From Candidatus Multivoradales bacterium (GTDB lineage Bacteria; Acidobacteriota; Thermoanaerobaculia; Multivoradales; JAHEKO01), in contig CBDCVR010000013.1 in NCBI GenBank assembly GCA_965223155.1, positions 960,001-1,024,000 of the forward strand: DNA of 64,000 nucleotides, given 5' to 3'. Positions 1 to 9,397 of this stretch are shown in pieces. A program made the position numbers and the translations under genes. Position 1 is the stretch's first letter; each line of letters opens with the position of its first letter. Under the pieces are notes generated by a model that did not search any database, was not told where the DNA came from, and saw only the letters and a program-made list of their open reading frames with translations.

Positions 1-754
1 ATCCGAAGAAGCTCACAATGAAGACTCCGACCAGAACCCCGACGATGCGGTTGAAGCTGCCGGTGGCGTCAGGCTGGGCCACGGTCATGAAGAGAAAGAA
101 CAGCGCCAGGGCGATGGCCGGTGCATACATGGCGGTCGAAGCCCAGACCTTGGACAGGAATCGACGCGGCGCGGGAAAGGCCATCAGGTAGTGAACCAGA
201 AACGCGAAGCCCAAAATCACCGCCGAGGTCGAGATCGCCCCGCCCAGGGTGCGCAGGAAATAGGACGGCGAGTACGGCGCCGGGATGAACGCCACGGCGA
301 AGCACAGTCCGAAAAGAGCCAGGATCAGCGTCGACGCCGAGGGCACCCTATGAAACGCCCAAAGGGGAAACAGCAGGAAGCAAAATCCGGTCACGGCGTA
401 GGCGAGGGAGGCCAGAAGCAGTGGTGGAGAAAGCTTCTCGTAGACCAGCTCGATCTCGCGCCGCATGCCGTCGTGGGTGACGACAAAGGTCCGGGCCTCG
501 CCGACCGCCGGGCGCTCGCGCCGTGCCAGAGCCTTGGTGTCGGTGATTGAGATCCCGCCGATGCTCTCGATGACATCGCCTGGCGCCAGGCCCGCCTTCT
601 CCGCCGCGCTTCCGGGAAAGACCCGCATGACGTCGTTGTCGGGACCGCGGAAGAACCCTGCGTAAGGCACGTTGCCGAGGTCCATCAGCCCGAGAAAGCC
701 CACGATGGCGACGATCGCGGCCACGAGAAATAAAACGGGCTTGTACTGGGCCAT
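1..754 (-). CDS. PDZ-domain integral membrane protein (3' end runs off the window; absent from ORF track)
   Basis: Manual translation from ATG 754 after a GGAGAGG RBS: MAQYKPVLFLVAAIVAIVGFLGLMDLG..RVFPGSAAEKAGLAPGDVIESIGG (PDZ signature), followed by several hydrophobic helices; frame stays open to position 1. Confidence 0.8.
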   Translation of the reverse strand, partial: MAQYKPVLFLVAAIVAIVGFLGLMDLGNVPYAGFFRGPDNDVMRVFPGSAAEKAGLAPGDVIESIGGISITDTKALARRERPAVGEARTFVVTHDGMRREIELVYEKLSPPLLLASLAYAVTGFCFLLFPLWAFHRVPSASTLILALFGLCFAVAFIPAPYSPSYFLRTLGGAISTSAVILGFAFLVHYLMAFPAPRRFLSKVWASTAMYAPAIALALFFLFMTVAQPDATGSFNRIVGVLVGVFIVSFFG

Positions 755-813
755 TCTGCCTCTCCTTCGCCAAGAAGACCGACCCGCGGTCTTCCCGGCC
801 GGGCTAGCTCTTC

Positions 814-840
814 CTACGCGGACTCGACCCGAAGGTTTGC
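814..840 (-). promoter_or_regulatory. Candidate ECF-sigma promoter (AAAC-N16-CGTAG) for the PDZ membrane protein gene
   Basis: Minus strand gcAAAC-cttcgggtcgagtccg-CGTAG, about 60 nt upstream of the ATG; spacing matches the SigW-type AAAC-N16-CGTA consensus. Confidence 0.45.
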
Positions 841-884
841 CGCTTCGAGCCAGACCGAGGGTCAGGTGTCTGCCGGCCAAGGTA

Positions 885-1790
885 TCAGGACGGACTCGGT
901 CGAGACAAACGCCGGACGGCGGCCGCCGTCAGGCGCCGCTTGACGCCGGCCACGAACCGGTCAAGGGCCGGCGGCGACTGGGGAAAAAACAGCGACGGTT
1001 CGATGAGCTCGAGCTCCATGACCGCCGGCTCGCAGCCGTCGGTCTCGAGGGGCGCTAGATCGATCCGCGCGTAGAGCAACTCGACGTTCAGGTGCGCCCG
1101 GACCGCGTCGATCGCGCGCTGCGCCAACTCGCGCTCGGCCGCCGCGATCGCGACCGGTCGAGGGTCCACCGATTCGTCGTCCCCCTCGAACCGCGGACGC
1201 TTGCGCACGGCGTGGGTCAGCTCGCCGTCGATCCACACCAAGGCCCGCTCGCCGTAGGTCGCGACCGTCGGCACGAACGCCTGCACCAGGACGTCGCCGG
1301 CCCGGACCAGATCCCGCAGGTGCATCTCGCCGGCTTCGATCGCGGACGCCTCCACCAGCAGGGTCCGGTAGGACGCCGCGGAAACCGCTGGCTTGACCAC
1401 CGCGACGCGCCACCTCCGGCGCTCGAGGACGGCCGTCAGGAGCTCGCCCGAACCGGCGGCTACGAGCTCGGTGGGCACGGTTCGGAGCCCCCACCGCTCG
1501 AGTTCGAGAAGATAGGACTTGTGCAGGTTCCAACGCACCGCCGGCAACGGGTTCCAGAGCTCGGAGACCGCCGCCGCTTGCTGGGCCCAGGCCAAGAACC
1601 GGTCCGGCGCATGGGGATAGTTCCAGGTCGAGCGCAGGATGGTCAGCGCCGCCCGGTCCCAAACCTCACCGGCACCGTCCCACGGCCGCACCGCGCAGGA
1701 AATACCAGCGCGCCGGAGTCCATCCACTAGCGGTCGCTCGTCGTGGTCCGGTTCCGGCAACTCGGCACAAGAGGCCAGCTGGACGTCCAC
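885..1790 (-). CDS. ATP-grasp protein (RimK/glutathione synthetase-like, DcsG-like)
   Basis: Motifs ILRSTWNY, WNLHKSYL, VVKPAVSA, LYARID and VMELELIEPSLF; start placed at GTG 1790 because the longer ORF overlaps the neighbouring gene. Confidence 0.8.
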   Translation of the reverse strand: MDVQLASCAELPEPDHDERPLVDGLRRAGISCAVRPWDGAGEVWDRAALTILRSTWNYPHAPDRFLAWAQQAAAVSELWNPLPAVRWNLHKSYLLELERWGLRTVPTELVAAGSGELLTAVLERRRWRVAVVKPAVSAASYRTLLVEASAIEAGEMHLRDLVRAGDVLVQAFVPTVATYGERALVWIDGELTHAVRKRPRFEGDDESVDPRPVAIAAAERELAQRAIDAVRAHLNVELLYARIDLAPLETDGCEPAVMELELIEPSLFFPQSPPALDRFVAGVKRRLTAAAVRRLSRPSPS

Positions 1791-1872
1791 GGCCGGAGCC
1801 TGCCGCAAAGCCGAGCCACCCTCGTCCACACGGTCCCCCAAAGAACGTACTCGATCCGCGAACTCGACCCGG

Positions 1873-2559
1873 TCAGTGCGGAAAGGCGGGCTCGGCCATG
1901 ACCTCCACGATCTGAGCATTGTGGCGCATGTTGTGAAGGCCGATCATCACGATCCACTGGAAGCCGTTCACCGGACCAAACGCCGGATGCTCGGCCGCGT
2001 ACATCTTGACCGGCGCGTCCGTCTCCCGCACGAAGGCGACCCACTTGTCCCGAGACTCGGCCAGGCGCGCCAGCGCCTCGGCCCGTCCCAGCTCGCCGCT
2101 GGGCGCGAACGGGGCGGGTGCCTGGAACTTCCGGAGCCGGTTCGGCATGAACTTGTAGATCGCCGTCATTGTAGTGCCCAGCTCGTCCCAGCCCTCGTAG
2201 GCGTCCCCGGCCATGGCCTCCTCGAGAGCACCGAAGAGTCCCTCGGTGGCAGCCAGGTGCTCGACGACCTCGCCGACGCTCCACCGGTCCTCGGCGGGCT
2301 TCCACACCCAGGCCTCATCCGAGAGATCCGAGACCTTCTCCAGCAAGTACTGATGGGTGCCTTCGAGCAGCAGCACCAGCTCGTCACGCTCCTTGTCGGT
2401 CAACTGGGCGGCAGAAGTGTCCGAGCCCTCGGAACTCTCGACCTCCTCATCCTGGCTCGCGCTCGTTTCGTGCCCATCAGCCCGGAGCCCGGGAGCCACG
2501 GCCACCAGCAAGGCGAGAGCAATCCAGCTCGTGTTGCGTAGAACTCTAGTCTTCGTCAT
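1873..2559 (-). CDS. Secreted DinB/YfiT-superfamily protein
   Basis: Signal peptide MTKTRVLRNTSWIALALLVAVAPGLRA; WSVGEVVEHL and HNMRH give the His triad of the DinB fold; AAAGGAG RBS upstream. Confidence 0.75.
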   Translation of the reverse strand: MTKTRVLRNTSWIALALLVAVAPGLRADGHETSASQDEEVESSEGSDTSAAQLTDKERDELVLLLEGTHQYLLEKVSDLSDEAWVWKPAEDRWSVGEVVEHLAATEGLFGALEEAMAGDAYEGWDELGTTMTAIYKFMPNRLRKFQAPAPFAPSGELGRAEALARLAESRDKWVAFVRETDAPVKMYAAEHPAFGPVNGFQWIVMIGLHNMRHNAQIVEVMAEPAFPH

Positions 2560-2708
2560 CGTAGAGGCTCCTTTCAGCTTGGTTCTATCGGCCCATCGGC
2601 CCCATTCGGTCCCCCGGTCCGGCCGGTCGCCAGCGGCCTCCGGCATGGATCCTGCGAGGGATACGCATTGTAGCGAAACGTCCTGGCAGCAAGCCCTGGA
2701 GGAACCCC

Positions 2709-3305
2709 ATGTCCAAGAAGAACCAGCCGACAGTCTTGTGGATTCTGGTCGTCGCCACGGTCCTCGGCGGCCCGCACGCCGCCAGGGCGGAAAATCCCTT
2801 CTACCTCTTCGGAAAAATCGGCTCGACCGAAGTCGATGTCCAGCTCGAGGACGCCTTCGACCGCATCCTGGACGGCGACGACGACAGCCGGGGCTACGGC
2901 CTGGGCGCACGGTTCGGAGACCATCTGGTCTTCGAGCTCCAGTACCAGGACTTCGGTGAGGTACCGGGCTTTGCCGGGCCTTGCGACGACACCAAGCTGT
3001 GCGTTGCCCAGGTGGTGCCGGTGGCGGGCGCGACCGAGGCCTACTCGCTGTCCTTCCTTCCTCACTGGCCGCTCTCCGAGCGTTTTTCCGTGTACGGCAA
3101 GATCGGGGTCGTGTCCTGGGAAACCGAGCTCTCGGAGGTCTTGCCCGACATTGAAACCCGAATCGACACCGTCGACGACGAAGACCTCGTCTACGGCGCG
3201 GGACTGCGTTTTCTGCTACCTGGCCCCTTCGGCGTCTTCCTCGAGTTCGAACGCTTCGCCGACAGCTTCGAGACGCTTTCGGCCGGTGCCACCTGGGGTT
3301 TCTAG
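2709..3305 (+). CDS. Small outer-membrane beta-barrel protein (OmpA-like transmembrane domain)
   Basis: Signal peptide ending ARA, amphipathic strands (FSVYGKIG, YGAGLRF) and C-terminal ATWGF with terminal Phe. Confidence 0.8.
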   Translation: MSKKNQPTVLWILVVATVLGGPHAARAENPFYLFGKIGSTEVDVQLEDAFDRILDGDDDSRGYGLGARFGDHLVFELQYQDFGEVPGFAGPCDDTKLCVAQVVPVAGATEAYSLSFLPHWPLSERFSVYGKIGVVSWETELSEVLPDIETRIDTVDDEDLVYGAGLRFLLPGPFGVFLEFERFADSFETLSAGATWGF

Positions 3306-3439
3306 ACCGACCGTCCTACCCAGAGTCGGTCCCAGAACCGCGGGCCCCTCGCCTGTTTCGTCAGGCTCCGTCCCCGGCCATGCCGGACTCCGCGGACACG
3401 GCTAGCCAGCCGCCTCGACGGACGGTATCTTAGGCCGCC

Positions 3440-4396
3440 ATGGCGCACCTACACCGGGCGCGGAGCAACCCGCGCTTGGGATTTCTTCTGGCCGTCGCGA
3501 CAACGGTGCTCTGGGGCTTCCTCTCGATCGCTCTCAAGCTCTTGCTCGAGGGCATGGACGGCCTCACCATCACCTGGTATCGCCTGGGGGCCTCGGGCAT
3601 CCTGCTCGGCGCCTTCCAGGCCTTCCGCAAGCAGCTGCCGGCGCTCGGGAGCGCCGGCCGAATCACTTGGACCCTCCTGGCGATCGCGCTCTTCGGCCTT
3701 CTGGGCAACTACGTTCTCTTCGTCATCAGCCTCGAGTACATCGCTCCGGCCACGGCCCAGCTCGTTATTCAGCTGGCACCGTTGCTCTTTCTGCTGGGCG
3801 GCCTCTTCGTCTTTGGCGAGCGGCTCACCCGCTTGCAATGGGCCGGGCTTTTTCTTCTGACGGTCGGCCTCCTGGTGTTCTTCCACGACCGGCTGGGAGC
3901 GCTCCTGCGCCTGTCCGGCCGCGAAGCCATCGGCGTAGCGCTGGTGGTAGTCGCGGCCGTCGTCTGGGCCGCCTACGCCTTGGCCCAGAAGCAGCTCCTG
4001 GTGACCTTCTCCTCGGAGAACATCCTGCTGCTCATCTACTTGGGCTCGAGCATCGCGCTGTTGCCCACGATCCGGCCGGCCCAGATCTTCGAGCTCGACG
4101 GCTTCCAGCTCGGGCTCCTGGTCTTCGGCGTCTTCAACACCTTAGCCGCCTACGGCTGTTTCGCCGAGGCTCTCGAGCACTGGGAAGCCTCCCGCGTCAG
4201 CGCGGTCATCGCGGTAACGCCGCTCATCACCATTCTGGCCGTGTACGGCATTCTCGTCTTCTGGCCCGACGCGGATGTCGGCGAGCGCCTGACCTCGATC
4301 GAGTTGGCCGGCTCGGTGCTCATCGTCCTGGGCTCGATGATGACGGCTCTCGCCAGAAACGACGAACGCGAAGCCGCCCGCAGCCAGAGTCCGTGA
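3440..4396 (+). CDS. DMT/EamA family transporter (YhbE-like)
   Basis: About 10 TM helices in two EamA repeats; TITWYR, AQLVIQLAP and AYGCFAEALEHWEASRVSAV motifs. Confidence 0.88.
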   Translation: MAHLHRARSNPRLGFLLAVATTVLWGFLSIALKLLLEGMDGLTITWYRLGASGILLGAFQAFRKQLPALGSAGRITWTLLAIALFGLLGNYVLFVISLEYIAPATAQLVIQLAPLLFLLGGLFVFGERLTRLQWAGLFLLTVGLLVFFHDRLGALLRLSGREAIGVALVVVAAVVWAAYALAQKQLLVTFSSENILLLIYLGSSIALLPTIRPAQIFELDGFQLGLLVFGVFNTLAAYGCFAEALEHWEASRVSAVIAVTPLITILAVYGILVFWPDADVGERLTSIELAGSVLIVLGSMMTALARNDEREAARSQSP

Positions 4397-4497
4397 CGGC
4401 CGCCCCGTACAGCTCGACGTCTACCGCGGGCTGCTAGCATCCGCGCTCAGACCGGCCCCGGCGTCTCGCCCGCGGGCGTTACGCGGAAAGGATCCCG

Positions 4498-5907
4498 ATG
4501 AGCTCATCCGACGACACCACTCGACGGCGCTACGCCGGCGGCAACCGGGCTCCAGTCTCCGCCCGTCGAGCGCTCCTCGCGCTCGCGCCGCTGGCCCTGA
4601 CCCTCGTTGCGACCACCTTCGCGGTCGGCTGCGCGCCGCGATCCGAGGAGGCCTCCGTGGACGATGTCAACGCCCGGAACGTAACCCACCGCATCGCCGA
4701 GGAAACCGTCCGTCTGGCACTCGCCCTGGGACGCCACGACGCCGACTATGTGGACGCCTACCTCGGGCCCGAGGCCTGGCGCGCCGAAGCGGACCAGACG
4801 GCTTGGAGCCTCGAGCAGATTCGCGACCGAACCGACCACCTGATCGCCGAGCTGGCAACCGTGATTCCGCCTGCGGGCGACGAACTGGCCGCCGCCCGCC
4901 AGCGCTCCCTGCTCCGCACCCTGGAGAGCCTGCACGCCCGCAGCCGCATCGTCTCCGGCGAGCGCCTGCCCTTCGACGAGGAGGCCCGCCAACTGTACGA
5001 TGTCTCGCCCCCGAAGAAGGACGCGAGCGAGTTCGACGCCGCCCTCGCCAAGCTCGACCGGCTGCTGCCCGGCACGGGATCCCTCGCCGACCGCTTGAGC
5101 GCCTTCAAGGCGGACTTCGTCATTCCGCCGGACAAGCTCGACGAGGTCTTCCAAGCGGCCATCGAAGCCTGCCGGGAGCGCACCCGAAACCACATCGACC
5201 TTCCGGAGGACGAGAGCTTCGTCCTCGAATACGTCACCGACAAGGCTTGGAGCGGCTACAACTGGTACAAGGGCGGCTATCACAGCCTCATTCAGATCAA
5301 CACCGACCTTCCCATCTACATCGACCGCGCCCTCGATCTGGCCGGACACGAGGGCTACCCCGGCCATCACGTCTACAACGTTCTGGTCGAGCGGGACCTG
5401 GTCCAAGGGCGGGGCTTCCAGGAGTACCTCATCTATCCGCTCTTCAGCCCGCGCTCGTTGATCGCGGAGGGCAGCGCCAACTTCGGCCTGGACGTTGTCT
5501 TCCCCCACGCCGACCGGCTCCAGTTCGAGCGCGAGGTCCTGTTCCCACTGGCCGGTCTCGATCCCCAGCGGGTCGAGAACTACTACGCGGTCGATGAGAT
5601 CTTGAGCGAGCTCTCGTACGCCGGCAACGAGGCAGCCCGCGGGTACCTCGACGGCACGATGGATGCCGAAGCAGCCATCGGCTGGATGATGACCTATTCG
5701 CTCTCGAGCCGGGCCCGCGCCGAACAACGCCTGCGCTTCTTCGAGAAGTACCGCAGCTACGTCATCAACTACAACCTGGGCCAGGACCTGGTGCGCGATT
5801 TCATCGAGAGCGCCGGCGGCACGGCGGAGCAGCCGGATGAGCGGTGGCGCCTCTTTGCCGACCTGCTCTCACGGCCGGTGCTGCCATCCGAGCTCACCGG
5901 CGGCTGA
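4498..5907 (+). CDS. Lipoprotein, putative zinc metallopeptidase (DUF885-like HEGYPGHH motif)
   Basis: Lipobox FAVGC; AGHEGYPGHHVY, a downstream IAEGSA and RSYVINYNLG. Confidence 0.65.
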   Translation: MSSSDDTTRRRYAGGNRAPVSARRALLALAPLALTLVATTFAVGCAPRSEEASVDDVNARNVTHRIAEETVRLALALGRHDADYVDAYLGPEAWRAEADQTAWSLEQIRDRTDHLIAELATVIPPAGDELAAARQRSLLRTLESLHARSRIVSGERLPFDEEARQLYDVSPPKKDASEFDAALAKLDRLLPGTGSLADRLSAFKADFVIPPDKLDEVFQAAIEACRERTRNHIDLPEDESFVLEYVTDKAWSGYNWYKGGYHSLIQINTDLPIYIDRALDLAGHEGYPGHHVYNVLVERDLVQGRGFQEYLIYPLFSPRSLIAEGSANFGLDVVFPHADRLQFEREVLFPLAGLDPQRVENYYAVDEILSELSYAGNEAARGYLDGTMDAEAAIGWMMTYSLSSRARAEQRLRFFEKYRSYVINYNLGQDLVRDFIESAGGTAEQPDERWRLFADLLSRPVLPSELTGG

Positions 5908-5912
5908 TTCCC

Positions 5913-6620
5913 ATGCCCACGCCCGAAGCTCCGGCGGTCGACGTCATCGTTCCGATCCACAACGGCGAGCGTTATCTGGCCTCAGCGCTCGAAAGCGTTC
6001 TCGCACAGGACTACCGGCCGCTCAGGGTTACCGTCGTTGACGACGGCTCGACCGACGGCGGCGTCGAGATCGCCCGCGGATTCCCCGAGGTCCGCGTTCT
6101 GTCCCAAACCAATCTCGGCGCCGGCGCGGCGCGCAACCACGCCATTCGGGAGACCGACGGCGATCTCGTCGCCTTCCTGGACCAGGACGATCTCTGGACC
6201 GCCGACAAGCTGAGCGTCCAAGTCCCGTATCTCCTCGACCGGTCCGAGCTGGACTTCGTCTTCGCGCTTCAGGAGTGTTTTCTCGAGCCGGGGTCCAAGC
6301 TGCCGACGCCCCTGATTCGGAACTGGGTCTCGCGCAAGCTTTGGGAACGCAAGCTTCCCGGATTTCTCCCGGGCACCCTCCTGGTTCGTCGCCGCGCCTT
6401 CGACACCTACGGACTCTTCGACACCGGTCTCGAGGTCACCAGCGACGCCGAGTGGTTCTTCCGGGCTCACGACGCGGGCCATCCTCTCCACGTTTTGCAG
6501 CGGGTGCTCTTGAAGAAGCGCTTCCACAGCGCCAACCATTGCTACGAGACCGCCCAATCCCGCAACGAGCTTCTCCGCATCGTGCGCGCCTCGAGCCGGC
6601 GCAAGCTGGCTTCAGGCTGA
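5913..6620 (+). CDS. Glycosyltransferase family 2
   Basis: VIVPIHNGERY, VVDDGSTD, GAGAARN and FLDQDD (DxD) motifs. Confidence 0.9.
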   Translation: MPTPEAPAVDVIVPIHNGERYLASALESVLAQDYRPLRVTVVDDGSTDGGVEIARGFPEVRVLSQTNLGAGAARNHAIRETDGDLVAFLDQDDLWTADKLSVQVPYLLDRSELDFVFALQECFLEPGSKLPTPLIRNWVSRKLWERKLPGFLPGTLLVRRRAFDTYGLFDTGLEVTSDAEWFFRAHDAGHPLHVLQRVLLKKRFHSANHCYETAQSRNELLRIVRASSRRKLASG

Positions 6621-7727
6621 CGACCGCAGCCGCGTCCGTCGGGCAGCCTCGGCGATGACGAAGACCGGCATTTGCCACAGGCCGTTCAGGCCCCACCGGG
6701 CCTGAAGGTACCGTAAGAATCCACCTCGGGCCTGGCCGCCGCCGGCCCTGCCCAGCCTGTAGTGCAGCCAATGGAACCGCAGCCGCCGCCAGGGCGTCCG
6801 AGGCAGGGTCTTGAGCTCGAACTCCCGCCGCTCCTCCCGGCTCGCCGGCAGCGCCCGGAGCTCCTCGAGAACCGCCTCCGGAATCTCGCGGCCGACCGAC
6901 CTCGCAAGGTAGTCGAGTCCGGCCTCGAGCGGAACAGTCAGCCGCCGACTCCTCGCTTCGGCGACCAGCCGGGCCCAGTCGACGGTGCCCGCCTCGAGCA
7001 CCGCGGCACTGTCGGCGACCCAGCGCAGCGGGGGGACCTCCTCCCAGCGCACGCCATGAACAATCGTGTGAAACAACAGGTGCGCCGCCGAGGGGATCGG
7101 CGCGGAGAGCTCGCCGAAGCGTACGACCTCGGCGCATTCCCAGACCTTCGCGTCCACTCCCTGCCGGCAACACTCCTCGAGCAGGTACCAGTGCAAGTCC
7201 AGCTCTGCGCCTCGATCATCCACGAACACGGTGGAATGGATCAGCGGCAACCGTACCCGGGCCAACGAGTACCGCGACCGCCAGCCCTTACTCAGCAGGA
7301 GGTCGATCGCCCGCTCCCGGTCCCGGGGCCGGACGAACAGATCGACGTCGGCCATGGCCCGAACGCCGGCATCCCGGTAGTAGCCGGCGGCCAGAGCCGC
7401 ACCCTTGAGCAGCATGCACTCGATGTCCTGCTTTCGGAAGGCCTCGATGACTTCGCCGGCCGACCGGAAGCCCACCTGGTTCTTGTACCAAACTAGCCGG
7501 CGCATGCCGCGCAAACGCCCCAGCTCGGAGGCGGGAACCCCGCGCTCGCGCAGGTTGCTGTAGGCCAACGCCAGCATCCGGTACGACCCGGCGTCGATGT
7601 CGGCAAATCCCACCTGCCGACGCCACCGGCGCCAGGCTTCGACCGCGGACGCGTCCCGGGCGAGCGCCGCAGTCAAGAGCAGTTCCTGCTCGGGAGTCGG
7701 CCAGCAATCGCGTGGACTCGCGCTCAC
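6612..7727 (-). CDS. Uncharacterised nucleotidyltransferase family protein (NTP_transf_5 type)
   Basis: LLKGAAL..YY..GVRAMADVDLFV, ELDLHW and LRWVAD motifs. Confidence 0.85.
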   Translation of the reverse strand: MSASPRDCWPTPEQELLLTAALARDASAVEAWRRWRRQVGFADIDAGSYRMLALAYSNLRERGVPASELGRLRGMRRLVWYKNQVGFRSAGEVIEAFRKQDIECMLLKGAALAAGYYRDAGVRAMADVDLFVRPRDRERAIDLLLSKGWRSRYSLARVRLPLIHSTVFVDDRGAELDLHWYLLEECCRQGVDAKVWECAEVVRFGELSAPIPSAAHLLFHTIVHGVRWEEVPPLRWVADSAAVLEAGTVDWARLVAEARSRRLTVPLEAGLDYLARSVGREIPEAVLEELRALPASREERREFELKTLPRTPWRRLRFHWLHYRLGRAGGGQARGGFLRYLQARWGLNGLWQMPVFVIAEAARRTRLRSSA

Positions 7728-8740
7728 CGTGCCGCTGCGGCCTCCGTCCCGAGTCCGTTCAGCAAGTCCTCGATCGCCGGCCCGATAGCGGCAAGATCGG
7801 GGCAGAGCTCGAAGCCGAAGGTGGGAACCTCACGCACCACGCGGGCGAGCCCCGCCAGCGCGGCCGCGTCCGCCCCAGGGCCCAGAAAGACCGAGGGACC
7901 GGCCAGGGCCGCCAGCGCCGTCCCGCGGCTCGCTGGAACCATCGCCGTCCTCTCCTTGCCGATCTCCGGCACCAAGATTGCGCGTAGCGGCGCCGCCGCG
8001 GGCAGGTGCTCCGTCCTGTCGGAACCCAAGAAGAGCAAGGCCTTCTCTCCGTCCGGCGTTGGCGGCACCGCCACCGAGCGCTCGAGCTCCGGCAGCCGTT
8101 CGAGCGTCCAGGCCTCGACCTTGGCCGAGACGTACAGCCTATGGACCATGGGCGGACTGGCGCCAAGGAGCACGTTGTCATCTCCCAGGTACGCAAGCCC
8201 GGATGCCCAGGCCGCCAGTGCCGTGGTCGACTTGCCCGAACCACTGCCACCGCAGATCGCTACGACGCCGTCCGACCGGCCCACGGCCGCCGCGTGCGCG
8301 AGTTGCAGACCTCGCGCCTCGCCCCACCAGCGCAAGAGATCGCGCAACGGAAAGCTGCGCTCGTGCACCGTCAGGGCGGCCGGCGATTCGATCCAGAAAA
8401 CGCCTGCACACCGCTCGGCGTCGAAGCCGGAGATGCTAGCGGTGCCCGGCTTGGCGGCCAGCCAATACCGCTCGCGACTCATTCCTCGCACCGCGCCGCG
8501 CACCGAGTAGTCGCTTCCGTGCCGGCGCGGCGGTGGCGGCTCGCAACCCGTGCTCGCCGTATCGAAGACCTGGACCACCAAGTCGTCACCGGAATCCGCG
8601 GTGGACGCGATCGCGTCATTCTGATGGGGCTCCTCCGGAAGCTTCCGATGCTCGAGCGCCGCGGTCAGAGGCTCGACCAGCGCCGGCCCGGAAAAGCGCA
8701 TCCGCACACGGCCGCCCGCGACTTCGAATCGGCGCTCCAC
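7724..8740 (-). CDS. HPr kinase-like P-loop serine/threonine kinase
   Basis: HAAAV, GGSGSGKST (Walker A) and YLGDD motifs; start uncertain because the frame stays open about 40 codons upstream without a canonical start. Confidence 0.8.
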   Translation of the reverse strand: MERRFEVAGGRVRMRFSGPALVEPLTAALEHRKLPEEPHQNDAIASTADSGDDLVVQVFDTASTGCEPPPPRRHGSDYSVRGAVRGMSRERYWLAAKPGTASISGFDAERCAGVFWIESPAALTVHERSFPLRDLLRWWGEARGLQLAHAAAVGRSDGVVAICGGSGSGKSTTALAAWASGLAYLGDDNVLLGASPPMVHRLYVSAKVEAWTLERLPELERSVAVPPTPDGEKALLFLGSDRTEHLPAAAPLRAILVPEIGKERTAMVPASRGTALAALAGPSVFLGPGADAAALAGLARVVREVPTFGFELCPDLAAIGPAIEDLLNGLGTEAAAAR

Positions 8741-8834
8741 GACTCCGGCGCAATGCTCGGCCCGGGAAGCGGTCTCCGCGAGCTTCGCGTAGTACCTCGC
8801 CGCGCTCGGACCGGCGCCGTCCCGGCCCCGGCCG

Positions 8835-9281
8835 TCAAGTACGATCGTCCGGCTCCTCGATCACCATCGGCCAGCCGCGGTCATCGACATCGTGGACCGG
8901 ATCCAGGAGCAACAGGTCCCGCATATCGGTGAAGCGATGGATCTCCGGGGGCTCGAAGCGCTCCGGATAGCTCGCGCCCGGGTTCCCGGATTCCGGCGCT
9001 CCGTCCTCCTCTTCGACCACCAGCTGATCCTCCCGGAGGACTTCGAGCACCGTCCGGACCCGAGCGGCCTGGTCCGGTGACAGAGCCCCATACCGGGCCT
9101 CTAGCTCCTTGAAGAGCCGGGCGTCGGTGGCGCCGTGTTCGTGCTGGGTCCAAATCGCCGCCGCCAGGCCGCGCAGGCAATAGTAGGTACCGCTGTCCAT
9201 GTCGATGATCACGGCTTCACCATCGACGATCTCGTCGATTACCCGCGGCCGGGCGATTCGATACCGAGGCTGAGCGACCAC
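8835..9281 (-). CDS. PqqD-family RiPP recognition element with C-terminal peptide extension
   Basis: N-terminal VIDEIVDGEAVIIDMDSGTYYCL..AAAIW (RRE fold) plus the tail FEPPEIHRFTDMRDLLLLDPVHDVDDRGWP. Confidence 0.82.
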   Translation of the reverse strand: MVAQPRYRIARPRVIDEIVDGEAVIIDMDSGTYYCLRGLAAAIWTQHEHGATDARLFKELEARYGALSPDQAARVRTVLEVLREDQLVVEEEDGAPESGNPGASYPERFEPPEIHRFTDMRDLLLLDPVHDVDDRGWPMVIEEPDDRT

Positions 9282-9397
9282 CCCGGGATCGTACCCCAGA
9301 TCTCTGCTGCCGAAGGGACCTGGGGCCGGTGCGGGACTTGCAGGCTCAGGTCCGCGAAACCGCGCCTTGCTGCCCAGAGGCGCCCCGGAGCTTGACC

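Noticed and set aside
5913-9281. Lasso peptide biosynthetic cluster
   Set aside because: No asparagine-synthetase-like cyclase, transglutaminase-like protease or lasso precursor in the window.
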